From positions 288,001 to 352,000 of the forward strand of contig CAWGMA010000004.1 of the NCBI GenBank assembly GCA_963823555.1: DNA of 64,000 nucleotides, given 5' to 3'. Position 1 is the stretch's first letter. Each line of letters starts with the position of its first letter. This DNA comes from Candidatus Eiseniibacteriota bacterium. Its GTDB lineage: Bacteria > Eisenbacteria > RBG-16-71-46 > CAVPCR01. A program made the translations under genes and the position numbers. Below the pieces are notes generated by a model, which was not told the origin of the DNA, searched no databases, and saw only the letters and a program-made list of their open reading frames with translations. Positions 51,711-61,760 of the stretch are shown in pieces.

Positions 51711-54470
51711 CTATCTCACCAGGACGATGCGTTCGACGAGGCTCGACGCATCGGCCTGCATCCGCACGTAGTAGACGCCGCTCGGGAGCCGCGCGACATC
51801 CCAGGTCAGCTGGTGCTGGCCCTCGGACTGCTGGGCGTTCTCCAGAACGGCGACCCGCCGTCCGGTGACGTCGAAGACGGCGAGCTGGACGGTGGCGGCG
51901 GCGGGCAACTGGTAATCGAGAACCACGATCTCCGTGGATACCGTGGCGGCCAGCGCGAGCTCCGCCGATTCGCCCTCCGATCCTCTCGGGATCGCGCACG
52001 GGCCGAACGAGTTCTCGAACTGACCCGAGTCGACGCAGGGCTGGCCCGACTGGTCGTGAGGCACGCACACGGTCACCGTGCCCGAGCACACGCCTCCCCG
52101 GCCGTCGCTCGCGGTGAACGAGATCTCGTACACGCGTCCGTCGCCCTGGCCGCTGCGCTCGCTGCGGACCTCGACATCGTTGCCGATACGGCGGGCATCG
52201 GGGCAGCGATTGCCGGATCCGGCACCCTGGATGAACTCATCCTGGGTGACGCCGTCGATGGTGATCGTGATCGGATCACCGTCGGGATCGGTCACGCCGA
52301 GGATGCGCTGGCGCACGAACTGACCCGACGGCGGCCACAGTTCGGGGCGGAAGGCAACGGCGTTCGAGCAGTCCGGAGCGTGGTTGCCGGTGCCGGAGAT
52401 TGTGGCGGTCGTCGTGCAGGTCGAGCTGGCGCCGTCGTCGTCGGTCACGGTCAGGGACACGGTGAAGGTGCCGGCCGCCGCATAGGTGTGCGTCGGGGTG
52501 GCGCCGCTCCCGGTCGAACCGTCACCGAAGTCCCAGGCATAGGAGACGATGGTGCCGTCCGGATCGCTCGAGCCGGTGCCGTCGAAGGAGATCGGGCTGG
52601 CCGGCGGTCGCCCGAGTACGGGCCGCCCGCATCGCACAGCGGAGGCTCGTTCGGCAGCGTCGCCGATCGTGGCGGAGGTCTCGCAGGTCGAGCTGGCCGC
52701 GTCGTCATCGGTCACGGTGAGCGTCACCGTGTAGACGCCGGGAGAAGCGTAGGTGTGCGTCGGCGTGGCGCCGCTGCCGGTCGTACCATCACCGAAGTCC
52801 CAGGCGTAGGAGACGATGGTGCCGTCGGGATCGCTCGAGCCGGTGCCGTCGAACGTGATCGGGGCGCCGGGATTCCCGGCGTACGGGCCATCGGCGTCGC
52901 ACACCGGCGGCTCGTTCGGGATCGCCTCGGTGATGGTGGCCGTGGTCGTGCAAGTCGAGCTGGCGCCGTCGTCATCCGTGACCGTGAGAGAGACGGTGTA
53001 GGTGCCCTCCACCGTATAGGTGTGCGTCGGCGTGGCGCCGCTGCCGGTCGAGCCGTCACCGAAGTCCCAGGCGTAGGAGACGATGGTGCCGTCGGGATCG
53101 CTGGAGCCGGTGCCATCGAACGCCACCGCCACACCGACGCCGCCCGAGTACGGGCCGCCGGCATCGCAGATGGGATCCTGGTTCGGTCCCGGCTCGATCG
53201 TGGCGGTCGCCTCGCAGGTCGAGCTGGCGCCGTCGTCGTCGGTGACGGTGAGGGACACGGTGTAGGTGCCCTCCATCGCATAGGTGTGAGTCGGCGTGGC
53301 GCCGCTCCCGGCCGAGCCATCACCGAAGTTCCAGTCGTAGGAGACGATGGTGCCGTCAGGATCGCTCGAGCCGGTGCCGTCGAAGGAGACCGATTGGCCG
53401 GCCGTGCCCGAGTACGGACCACCCGCGTCGCATACCGGAGGATCGTTCGGCGTCGCGGTGATGTTGGCGCTGGTGATGCAGGTCGAGCTGGCCCCGTCGT
53501 TGTCGGTGACGGTCAGCGACACGGCGTAGTTGCCGGGCGTCGCATAGGTGTGAGTCGGCGTGGCGCCGCTCCCGGTCGTACCATCACCGAAGTTCCAGTC
53601 GTAGGAGACGATCGTGCCATCAGGATCGCTCGATCCGGTGCCGTCGAAGGAGACCGCCTGCCCGGCGGTGCCGTTGTATGGACCACCGGCATCGCACACC
53701 GGAGGCTCGTTCGGCTCCTCGCCGATCGCGACCGCGGCCTCGCAGGTCGAGGTTTCGCCGCAGTTGTCGGTGAGTGTGAGGGTGGCGGTGTAGTTGCCGG
53801 CCGTGGCATAGGTGTGGGATGGGGTCGCACCGCTGCCGGTCGAGCCGTCGCCGAAATCCCACTCGTAGGAGGTGATCGTGCCGCCCGGATCGCTCGATCC
53901 GGTGCCGTCGAAGCTCACGGCCTGGCCGGCGGTACCGGTGTAGGGGCCGCCGGCATCGCACACCGGGGCCAGGTTGCCGGCCCCGGAGAGCGCCACCTCG
54001 AGCGGCGTGTTGATCGCACCGGCGGCGATCACGGTCGCCGTGCCCGAGGACTGCTGGGTATTGGCCGGGCAGAAGCGGACGGTGAAGGTGGCCACGGTCT
54101 GCCCGTCACCGGGGAGCGTGACCGGGAGCGTCGGACCGGCCTGCAGGGTGTACCCCCCGCCGGTGACCTGGAAGTTCGTGATCTCGAGGACCGAAGTCGG
54201 GTCGTTGACGTCGTTGAAGACATCGATCGTGAGGTCGGCACACTGGCCGACGAGCGTGCAGCTGCCGAAGTCGAGGCTCGTCGGATCGACCCCGATCACT
54301 GGCGTGAGAGGCGTCAGGTCGGGAGCGTCATTGGGCTGCGCAAGGGGAGTGTTGGTACCGCCTCCCACGCCGGGAGCCGCAACGGGAGGTGCTTCTTCGG
54401 CGGCCAGCGCGGCAGTGCCGGCGGTACAAAGAACCAGAGTCAGGAGTAACGTCGACCAGGCTGCTCTCAT
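51711..54470 (-). CDS. Secreted PKD-repeat protein (Ig-like domain, 6 PKD domains, FlgD/T9SS-type tail)
   Basis: Signal peptide; repeats CDAGGPY...FDGTGSSDPDG.IVSY.W.FGDG...HTY...LTVTD..G.SSTC; tail V.D.TGRRV...SGVYY. Confidence 0.9.
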   Translation of the reverse strand: MRAAWSTLLLTLVLCTAGTAALAAEEAPPVAAPGVGGGTNTPLAQPNDAPDLTPLTPVIGVDPTSLDFGSCTLVGQCADLTIDVFNDVNDPTSVLEITNFQVTGGGYTLQAGPTLPVTLPGDGQTVATFTVRFCPANTQQSSGTATVIAAGAINTPLEVALSGAGNLAPVCDAGGPYTGTAGQAVSFDGTGSSDPGGTITSYEWDFGDGSTGSGATPSHTYATAGNYTATLTLTDNCGETSTCEAAVAIGEEPNEPPVCDAGGPYNGTAGQAVSFDGTGSSDPDGTIVSYDWNFGDGTTGSGATPTHTYATPGNYAVSLTVTDNDGASSTCITSANITATPNDPPVCDAGGPYSGTAGQSVSFDGTGSSDPDGTIVSYDWNFGDGSAGSGATPTHTYAMEGTYTVSLTVTDDDGASSTCEATATIEPGPNQDPICDAGGPYSGGVGVAVAFDGTGSSDPDGTIVSYAWDFGDGSTGSGATPTHTYTVEGTYTVSLTVTDDDGASSTCTTTATITEAIPNEPPVCDADGPYAGNPGAPITFDGTGSSDPDGTIVSYAWDFGDGTTGSGATPTHTYASPGVYTVTLTVTDDDAASSTCETSATIGDAAERASAVRCGRPVLGRPPASPISFDGTGSSDPDGTIVSYAWDFGDGSTGSGATPTHTYAAAGTFTVSLTVTDDDGASSTCTTTATISGTGNHAPDCSNAVAFRPELWPPSGQFVRQRILGVTDPDGDPITITIDGVTQDEFIQGAGSGNRCPDARRIGNDVEVRSERSGQGDGRVYEISFTASDGRGGVCSGTVTVCVPHDQSGQPCVDSGQFENSFGPCAIPRGSEGESAELALAATVSTEIVVLDYQLPAAATVQLAVFDVTGRRVAVLENAQQSEGQHQLTWDVARLPSGVYYVRMQADASSLVERIVLVR
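52395..53975 (-). repeat. Six tandem PKD-coding repeats of about 265 bp
   Basis: Near-identical DNA units such as ggagacgatggtgccgtc.ggatcgctcgagccggtgccgtcgaa recur every 264-267 bp or so. Confidence 0.85.
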
Positions 54471-54827
54471 GTTGGTGGCTCCCAGAATCGTGTTCAGGCG
54501 TTGTCTTGCGTGTCGAACCGGCCGGTCCATGACGGCGGCGCCCAGGCTGCTCCGTGGAGGAATGCGGGCTCCTCGCCGGTTCGATCTCTGGCGTGGGCAG
54601 ACACAATAACTTAGCACATCTGGCCCGCCGGCGGGCCAGATCTTTTGCCGGGCGCTGGGGTGCGGTCCCGCGCGTCCTTGGAGCCGCCGATGGTGATCCG
54701 GAGAGGGCGTCTTCCCCTTTGACCTGAACTCGACCAACGCTTAGCCTGTGTCCAGATTTCCCGCCCGTCAGCAGGTGTCCCTCGACATCCCACCCGCGGG
54801 GGTGATCCCCGGCACCAGGAGGCGCGC

Positions 54828-55316
54828 ATGTCATTCAAGGACCCGATCGCTCTCCTCGGTCACGAGCATGATGAAGCCCTTGCCGCGCTCGATCGGCTGG
54901 AGGCGGGCGCCCGCGACGTGGAGGCGCCGGGAGCGCGCATCGCGGTGGAGCAGGCGGTGGGGTTCCTCGATCGCGAGGTGCGGGGGCACAACGAGCGCGA
55001 AGAACAGGTGCTCTTCCCGGTGCTCGAGCGCTACCTGCCGGCGGACGCCGGACCCACGGCGGTGATGCGCGCCGAGCATCGCCTCTTGTGGGACCTCCTG
55101 GGCAAGCTGCGCGCCGCGCTCGCCGGAGCCCCTTCCGGCGGCGCCAAGCCCGACACCGCTCCGGTGCGAGAGACCGGCCTCGCGATCGTCGACCTCCTCC
55201 GCCGCCACATCGAGAAGGAGAACGCCGTCCTCTTTCCCATGGCGAAGCAGATGCTCTCGCCCGCGGAAATGGAGGAGGTGGCCGGCGGCATGGAGCGGCT
55301 GATCGGCGAGCGGTGA
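54828..55316 (+). CDS. Hemerythrin-like (HHE) domain protein
   Basis: EH...HNEREE..LFP...EH...HIEKEN.VLFP. Confidence 0.88.
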   Translation: MSFKDPIALLGHEHDEALAALDRLEAGARDVEAPGARIAVEQAVGFLDREVRGHNEREEQVLFPVLERYLPADAGPTAVMRAEHRLLWDLLGKLRAALAGAPSGGAKPDTAPVRETGLAIVDLLRRHIEKENAVLFPMAKQMLSPAEMEEVAGGMERLIGER

Positions 55317-56095
55317 ATGAACGCACCGGGGCCAGGGGGAGCGGGAGCGACTTCTACACGGCGCTGGCGCCGGCGATGGCGGAGATCTTTCCCCTGTCGG
55401 ACCAGCTCTCCGGGCTCGTTGACGCTTTCCTCGATGCCATTCCGCCCGCGAGCCTGCTCGATCTCGGTGCGGGCACGGGCGAGCTCGCGCTCCATGCCGC
55501 AGCCGGTGGCCACGCGGCCACCGCCGTCGAGCCGGTGGGGGCCATGGTGGATGTCGGGGAGCGGGCCACCGTCGCAGCCGGGCTGGCCGTGCGCTGGATC
55601 CAGGGCGATCTCATCCGGGAAACACAGGCCCTCGCTGAGCGCGGGGAGCGCTTTTCGGTCGTGACCTGTGTCGGCAACACGCTCCCGCATGTCGGGAGCC
55701 GAGCGCAAGCGGCGGCGGCGCTCGCAGGCATGTACGAGGTTCTCGTTCCAGGCGGGGTTGCGATCGTGCAGACGATTCACATCGATCGCTGTCTCGACAC
55801 CGGCGGTTTCGTGCTTCCGGAGCGGAGCGCACGCGTGGAGGGGAAGAAGCTCGTCCTGTCCCGGACCTATGCCCCGGCCGATGGCGGCGAGCACCTCAAC
55901 TTTGCGACCGACGTGCGCCTGGGCGACGAGATGACGTCCTTCGTGCAGCAGCACCTGGCGCTCCGCCGCCACGAGCTGGAGAAGATGACGCGAGCGGCGG
56001 GGTTCTCGGCCGTCGATGTCCACGGCGGATACGACCGCTCCGCGTGGAGCGAGAGCGCGCCGGCGACCGTCATCATCGCCCGGAGAGGTGTCTAG
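55313..56095 (+). CDS. Class I SAM-dependent methyltransferase (glycine/sarcosine N-methyltransferase-like)
   Basis: LDLGAGTG, V.C.GNTLPH, L.PGG. GTGA overlap with the hemerythrin gene. Confidence 0.8.
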   Translation: MNERTGARGSGSDFYTALAPAMAEIFPLSDQLSGLVDAFLDAIPPASLLDLGAGTGELALHAAAGGHAATAVEPVGAMVDVGERATVAAGLAVRWIQGDLIRETQALAERGERFSVVTCVGNTLPHVGSRAQAAAALAGMYEVLVPGGVAIVQTIHIDRCLDTGGFVLPERSARVEGKKLVLSRTYAPADGGEHLNFATDVRLGDEMTSFVQQHLALRRHELEKMTRAAGFSAVDVHGGYDRSAWSESAPATVIIARRGV

Positions 56096-57543
56096 CCGCG
56101 CCGGCCCGGCTTCACCGTCTTCAGGAGCTCACCGGTCTCGAGATCGTCGGCGGTGTAGCGGTTGTTCAGGATCGCGGTCTCCTGGAGATCGAGGGCCTGA
56201 TCGCCGAGGCGAGTGACCGCCTCGACGAAGGAGGCCGGAGCGTCGAGCCGCGTCACCTGAACCCGGTCCGGCTCGGCGTTGAGCTTGCCGGGGTCCTTGA
56301 GCTCGCGGATCGAACGCGCCGAGCGTTCGATGTCCCGCTCCGCCTGATCACCGCGGCGGGCGCTCTGGCCGAGGATCTGCAGCATCTGATCCGGACTCCA
56401 GCGAATCCATGCGGCCAGGATCACCGCCGTCGAGCCATCGTTGCGCGGCGCGGCCACGTGCCCGAACCAGGCGCGGCGCCCCGCGATCGTCTCGGTATCG
56501 CCTTCGGCGCCGGTCAGGCGTCCGCTCCGGAGGAGCGAGTTCACGTAGCCCTCGGGTGATTCTCCCTCGGCATCGGCAAGAGTGATCTCCATGACGCCCT
56601 GCTTGTTGGGCTCGGCGGCGATGAGCGAGGCACGCTGATCCTGATACTCCCATCCCTCCGGCAGATGGATCTGGAGGTGTAGATTCGGGTGATAGTAGCT
56701 GGCGCCGACGAAGAAACCGTTGCGGGGATCCTGTCCGTAGACCAGATCCGCGAGCCTGAGCACGTAGGAATCGTGGTCGATGACGAGCCCGCTCTTTCCC
56801 GTTGCCGCCTCGGTCGCCAGCCGGGCCGTCCGCTGCTCGCGATCTCCCGGATCGGGGTGGGTCGAGAGAAACCCGGGCAAGCGTTCGCCGGATTGATCGC
56901 CGACTCGTTTGAGCATCGAGTAGGTCGACGGAATCTCGTGCGGATCGAAGCCGGTGGCGGTGGCGTACTGAACGCCGAGCTCGTCGGCCTGATTCTCGTC
57001 ATCGCGGCCGAACTTGAGGAAGAGGAGCCCGAGCGCGGTCTCAGCGTTGCCCCCGTAGCGGCGCATCGTGCTCGAGAAGAACATGCCCACGGCGAGGCCG
57101 AGACCGGCAAGCTGCTGCTGCGTGATGCGCTGCGCCGTGTGACGGGCCGTCACGTGCCCGATCTCGTGGCCCAGCACCCCCGCAAGCTGGGCATCGGAGT
57201 TCAGGTAGGCGAGAATGCCGCGCGTTATATAGATGTACCCCCCGGGGAGGGCGAAGGCGTTGACCACGGGGTCGTCGAGCACCGTGAAATGCCATTCCAG
57301 GTTCGGCAGATGAGACGATTTCGCGAGCCTCATGCCCATCTCCTGGACGTGGGCCTGGATCTCGGGGTCATCATAGAGACCGTACTCGGCGATGATCGCC
57401 TTGTGGCCGTCTCGGCCGATGGCGATTTCCTGATCCTGGCTCACGAGCGAGAGCTCGCGCTTGCCGGTCGCGGGGTTGACGGCGCAGCCGGCCAGAAGCC
57501 CGGCACAACCGACGAGGATCATGAAAGAACCCAGCTGCCGCAT
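56092..57543 (-). CDS. M48-family zinc metalloprotease lipoprotein
   Basis: Lipobox LAGC, NPATG, NAFALPGG, HEIGH, E.QAD, LSTHP. Confidence 0.92.
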   Translation of the reverse strand: MRQLGSFMILVGCAGLLAGCAVNPATGKRELSLVSQDQEIAIGRDGHKAIIAEYGLYDDPEIQAHVQEMGMRLAKSSHLPNLEWHFTVLDDPVVNAFALPGGYIYITRGILAYLNSDAQLAGVLGHEIGHVTARHTAQRITQQQLAGLGLAVGMFFSSTMRRYGGNAETALGLLFLKFGRDDENQADELGVQYATATGFDPHEIPSTYSMLKRVGDQSGERLPGFLSTHPDPGDREQRTARLATEAATGKSGLVIDHDSYVLRLADLVYGQDPRNGFFVGASYYHPNLHLQIHLPEGWEYQDQRASLIAAEPNKQGVMEITLADAEGESPEGYVNSLLRSGRLTGAEGDTETIAGRRAWFGHVAAPRNDGSTAVILAAWIRWSPDQMLQILGQSARRGDQAERDIERSARSIRELKDPGKLNAEPDRVQVTRLDAPASFVEAVTRLGDQALDLQETAILNNRYTADDLETGELLKTVKPGRRG

Positions 57544-57684
57544 CGATCTTCTCCTTGAACGCGTCGATCCGTCTCGCTGCCGGAGTATAGGAACGGTGCC
57601 CGGCCCGGGGTCAAGAGGGCGGCAAGCTCACCCCAAACCCCTGCCTTGCCGGCGGGGCGCTCGCGGTCTAACCTCCCACCCCTC

Positions 57685-58722
57685 ATGAAGGCGCTCTACT
57701 TCTCCAGACATGGCGAACGCGACGAGCTCGAGTTCGGCGATCTCCCCGATCCCACGCCGCGGTCGGGGGAAGCTCTGGTCGAGATCCGGGCGGCGGCCCT
57801 CAATCACCTCGATATCTGGGTGCGGCGTGGCTGGCCGGGGCTCGAGCTCCCCCTGCCGCATGTGGGCGGTTCCGACGGGGCGGGGTTGATCGTGGCGATC
57901 GGCCCGGACACGGATCCGCGAGGGCTGGCCATCGGCGACCGCGTGGTCATCGATCCCGGTATCTCGACCGTCGAGGACGAGTGGACCCGGCGCGGCCAGG
58001 ATTCCCTGAGCCCCGGCTACCAGATCCTGGGCGAGCATCGCGCGGGAACCCTGGCCTCGCTGATCGCGATTCCGGTCGCCAATCTGATGCGCGTCCCCGA
58101 GGGCATCGCCTTCCCCGAGGCGGCGGCCCCGCTGCTGGTCGGCCTCACCGCGTGGCACATGCTCATCGTTGCCGGTGAGCTCCGCGCCGGCGAGACGGTG
58201 CTCATCGTCGGCGCCGGAGGCGGCGTCAACTCGCTGGCGATCCAGCTGGCCAAGCTGGCTGGGGCGCGCGTCTTCGCGCTGACCTCGAGCGCGGAGAAGA
58301 TGGCGCGAGCGCGCGAGCTGGGAGCTGATCAGGTGATCGATTACCGGGCCGAGCCGGAGTGGGCGCGAGTCATCCACCGCCTGACCGACCGGCGTGGAGT
58401 GGACGTCGTGGTCGACAACGTGGGGCAGGCAACACTCCGCCACTCGATACGCGCTCTGGCGCCGGGGGGCCGGCTCCTCACCGTGGGCAACACGAGCGGC
58501 TACAACGTGGAGTTCGACACGCGGTACATGTTCGCCAAGCAGATCCGCTGGATCGGCACCACGATGGGGAGCCACCAGGACTTTCGCGACGTGATGAGCC
58601 TCATCTGGAGCGGACGGCTCAAGCCGGTCATCGACCGGGTGATGCCGCTCGCGGATGGACGCGAAGCGGTGCGCTTGCTCGAGGAGGGGCGCCAGTTCGG
58701 GAAGGTGGTGCTCGAACCGTGA
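57685..58722 (+). CDS. MDR-family (zinc-binding dehydrogenase/quinone oxidoreductase) protein
   Basis: ALNHLD.W, GSDGAG, GAGGGV, FGKVVL. Confidence 0.9.
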   Translation: MKALYFSRHGERDELEFGDLPDPTPRSGEALVEIRAAALNHLDIWVRRGWPGLELPLPHVGGSDGAGLIVAIGPDTDPRGLAIGDRVVIDPGISTVEDEWTRRGQDSLSPGYQILGEHRAGTLASLIAIPVANLMRVPEGIAFPEAAAPLLVGLTAWHMLIVAGELRAGETVLIVGAGGGVNSLAIQLAKLAGARVFALTSSAEKMARARELGADQVIDYRAEPEWARVIHRLTDRRGVDVVVDNVGQATLRHSIRALAPGGRLLTVGNTSGYNVEFDTRYMFAKQIRWIGTTMGSHQDFRDVMSLIWSGRLKPVIDRVMPLADGREAVRLLEEGRQFGKVVLEP

Positions 58723-59348
58723 CCGGGAAGACCCATGGGGGGAGTGCTGCCGCCCTGCTCTTCGATCTCGACGGCGTGCTCGTCGACTCGATCGGCGCCT
58801 GGCACGAGGTGCTGAACCGTGCCCTGGCCGAGCGCGGTCGCCCGCCGATCGATGAGGCGGCAATGCGCACCGGGTGGGGGCAGGGGATCCAGGAGGACTC
58901 GCGGCTCTATTTCGGCGGGGAGTCGATCGCCTCGCTGGCCGCGACGTACGACCGCCTCTTCCCCGAGTGCATCGACCATGTCCAGGCGATGCCAGGGGCC
59001 CACGAGGTGGTCGGGATGCTCGGAGCGCAGGGCCTGCGCCTGGCCGTTGTCACCAACACCCCGCGGGAGCTTGCGCTCTGCATTCTCGCCGCGACGGAGC
59101 TGGGGCCACACTTCCAGGCCCTCGCCGCCGGAGACGAGGTGCCCCAAGGCAAGCCCGATCCCGCGCTCGTCCGGCTCGGGGCCTCCCGGCTCGGCGTGCC
59201 GCTGGCGTCCTGTCTGTTCGTTGGTGACACCATGGCCGACGTCATGGCCGGCCGCCGGGCGCCATGCCGCACGATCGGGTTCCGCATCGATGCCGATCAC
59301 CGCATCGAGACGCTACCCGAGTTGCTTCGTCTGATCCGCTCCGACTAG
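58719..59348 (+). CDS. HAD-family hydrolase (phosphoglycolate phosphatase-like)
   Basis: FDLDGVLVDS, VVTN, KPDP, FVGD...D. Confidence 0.9.
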   Translation: MTGKTHGGSAAALLFDLDGVLVDSIGAWHEVLNRALAERGRPPIDEAAMRTGWGQGIQEDSRLYFGGESIASLAATYDRLFPECIDHVQAMPGAHEVVGMLGAQGLRLAVVTNTPRELALCILAATELGPHFQALAAGDEVPQGKPDPALVRLGASRLGVPLASCLFVGDTMADVMAGRRAPCRTIGFRIDADHRIETLPELLRLIRSD

Positions 59349-59364
59349 CGGCGAGGTCGACTCC

Positions 59365-60081
59365 ATGCACGGGACCAAGCTTCTCATCATCTGGAATGCG
59401 GTCATCGTGCTCGCAATTCTCGTCGGCGGCATGCTGCCGCTCGTGAGGCGCTGGTCGGATCGCGCGCTGCATCTCTTCGTGGCGGCGGCGACCGGTGTGT
59501 TCCTGGGGGCGGTCTTCCTGCATCTCCTGCCCGAGCTTCTCTATCAGGAACCGCCGCTCGCGGTCCTCGCCCTGATCCCGCTCAGCGTGTTCGTGCTCTT
59601 CGCCATCGAGCGCATGGTGCTCCTCGGCGGGGAGGCCACGCACGCCGTCGTCGGCTACGCCACCTTGATCGGGCTCGCGGTCCACAGCCTCGCCGGCGGT
59701 TTCGGACTCGCCGTGGGTGGGAGCGTTCCCGACCTCCAGCTCGCCATCTTCCTCTCCATCCTCGGCCACAAGACGGTCGAGGCCTTCTCGCTGGCGACCG
59801 TATTGCTCCTGGCCGGACGCCCGCTCAGGCGGATCGCGCTCCTGGTCTCGGTGCTGGCTCTGATGACGCCATTCGGGACGCTGCTCGGGGTCCTGAGCAT
59901 GGCCGCGCTTCCCGGCGGCCCGCCGCTCGCGCCGATGGCGATCGCCACCGGGACCTTCCTCTATGTCGCACTCTTCGACCTGATGCCGGAGGTCCTGCAC
60001 GAGAAGCGGGACCTGTGGGCCAAGCTCGGTCTCGTGGCCGCGGGCCTCGTCTTCATGGCGCTGCTGCGCAGCGCGCACTGA
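59365..60081 (+). CDS. ZIP-family metal transporter
   Basis: FLHLLPE, VHS, GHK..E, GTFLYV...L.PE; 8 TM. Confidence 0.88.
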   Translation: MHGTKLLIIWNAVIVLAILVGGMLPLVRRWSDRALHLFVAAATGVFLGAVFLHLLPELLYQEPPLAVLALIPLSVFVLFAIERMVLLGGEATHAVVGYATLIGLAVHSLAGGFGLAVGGSVPDLQLAIFLSILGHKTVEAFSLATVLLLAGRPLRRIALLVSVLALMTPFGTLLGVLSMAALPGGPPLAPMAIATGTFLYVALFDLMPEVLHEKRDLWAKLGLVAAGLVFMALLRSAH

Positions 60082-60102
60082 GTCGGGCGGCGTGCTCTGT
60101 GA

Positions 60103-61731
60103 TCAGCGGCGGCAGACCACGACCTCCGCGTCCTGCACGTTCACCGAGTTCGGCCCGGAGAGATCGCCCTGGGGCTCGTAGCACGGGAACGCGCCGGTCG
60201 AAACGTGCCACATGACCACGTCATAGTCTCCGGCCGGCACGTCCACGGCGCCGCACTCGACCCATACCGTCGTGTCCACCTCGTACGCCGGATCCGGCAC
60301 CGCCGGGCACGGGTTCCCCTCCCGCAGAGCCCAGATGATCCGGTCGCCGCTCCGGAGTCCCACCGCGAACGCCTCATCCTCCTGCCCGGGCACGTTCCCC
60401 GAGTACTGGTTGAGAAGCCGGATCCGCAGCGGGCCAATGTGCGGCGAGACGTGAATCGGACCCCGTGAATTGAGCGTGACGCGCGGCTCGCGGGTCGTCA
60501 CGCCCCCCTGCGGAAAGAGCGGGATCGGCGTGCACTGGGGCTCCTCGGGCCCGGCTGTCACGACGACGAGCGTCGTGTCGGAGGCGACACCGCCCTCGCC
60601 GATGGCGACAGCCGAGGTGACACGCGTGTGCGCGGGGATGGAGAGCGAGGTCCACTCGGCGGCGGTGGAGGCGACGACCTCCTGGCCCAGGAGGATCGAG
60701 TAGGTCGCGTTGGTGCTGCGAATGGTGTACGTCACGGTTTCCCCCGGCTCGACCTCGCGCGGCTCGACGCTGAGCTCGATCGTGGGTGGGGGAGGAGACG
60801 CGCCGACCGGCGCCAGATCCACATTGAGCTCGGTCACCTCGCCCGGGGCGAGCAGGAGCGCCCGCATGGTCTCGGCGTACCCCGGCTCGCTGAACGCGAA
60901 CGCCACCGGGCCCGGGCGCCGCTCGACGACGAACGGCGTGCGCAGGACCTGACCGGTCGGGATGAGCGCGCCATCCTGGGCGATATCGAAGATCTCGACC
61001 CGGCTCCGCGGGTTGGAGAAGACCAGAACCTGGGCCTGGTCCGGGTCCTCGGGCGGAGCTTCCACGATCACGGTGTCGGCGGCCGTGGCCCACAGACCGC
61101 CGCGGAACGCGGCGAAGGAGTAGATGAACGCCCCGGAGCGCGCCGGCCGATCGGTGTAGGTTCCGTTCGTCGTGAAGATGCCGATCGGGAGGATGATCCC
61201 GATGTCGCCATCCGATTCGACCGTGATCGTGACCGGGTCACCGAGAGCGATCGCCTCCGGCGTGACCTCGAGGACGACCGACGGCGGTTCACCGCCGGGC
61301 TCTTCCGGGATCGAATCCAGGGTGACCGAGATCTCGCGCAGGTCGCCCGGACCGAGGAGGACTCCCTCCAGGCGATCGCGGTGGCCCGAGCGAGAGAAGT
61401 GGACGACGTAGTCGCCGCTCTGGAGCCTGAGCGTTCGTGGGGTCTCGACGGCGATGAGCGGCGCGAGCTCGCCGTCCTCGACCATGAGCACCTGCGCTGT
61501 GGCCGGCGGGTCGCTGAAGAGGAAGACCGAAGCGCTGTCCGCATCCTGAGCCGAGTCGACATCACGCGCAGGGCTGTACTCGGAGCAGCCGCCGAGGCAG
61601 AGGGCCAGGATCAAGGCCAGGACCGGGAGCACAGCGAGCGCGTGGCCGGACGCGGCTCCGCCAGCGGTCCGATGCGTGGTGGTCCGAGGGGCAGCAGCAA
61701 GCGATCCAGCGTTTCTGGTTGTGTGCGCCAT
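60103..61731 (-). CDS. Lipoprotein with two PEGA-like plus Ig-like modules
   Basis: Lipobox LGGC; duplicated FS.P...TP......G.....S..GY...L.PG....V.L units. Confidence 0.7.
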   Translation of the reverse strand: MAHTTRNAGSLAAAPRTTTHRTAGGAASGHALAVLPVLALILALCLGGCSEYSPARDVDSAQDADSASVFLFSDPPATAQVLMVEDGELAPLIAVETPRTLRLQSGDYVVHFSRSGHRDRLEGVLLGPGDLREISVTLDSIPEEPGGEPPSVVLEVTPEAIALGDPVTITVESDGDIGIILPIGIFTTNGTYTDRPARSGAFIYSFAAFRGGLWATAADTVIVEAPPEDPDQAQVLVFSNPRSRVEIFDIAQDGALIPTGQVLRTPFVVERRPGPVAFAFSEPGYAETMRALLLAPGEVTELNVDLAPVGASPPPPTIELSVEPREVEPGETVTYTIRSTNATYSILLGQEVVASTAAEWTSLSIPAHTRVTSAVAIGEGGVASDTTLVVVTAGPEEPQCTPIPLFPQGGVTTREPRVTLNSRGPIHVSPHIGPLRIRLLNQYSGNVPGQEDEAFAVGLRSGDRIIWALREGNPCPAVPDPAYEVDTTVWVECGAVDVPAGDYDVVMWHVSTGAFPCYEPQGDLSGPNSVNVQDAEVVVCRR

Positions 61732-61760
61732 GTGGCTCCCATCCTGCTCGCGGGACATCT

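Noticed and set aside
52395..53975. CRISPR array or non-coding tandem repeat
   Set aside because: Units are about 265 bp, in frame, and encode PKD domains. No spacers or cas genes.
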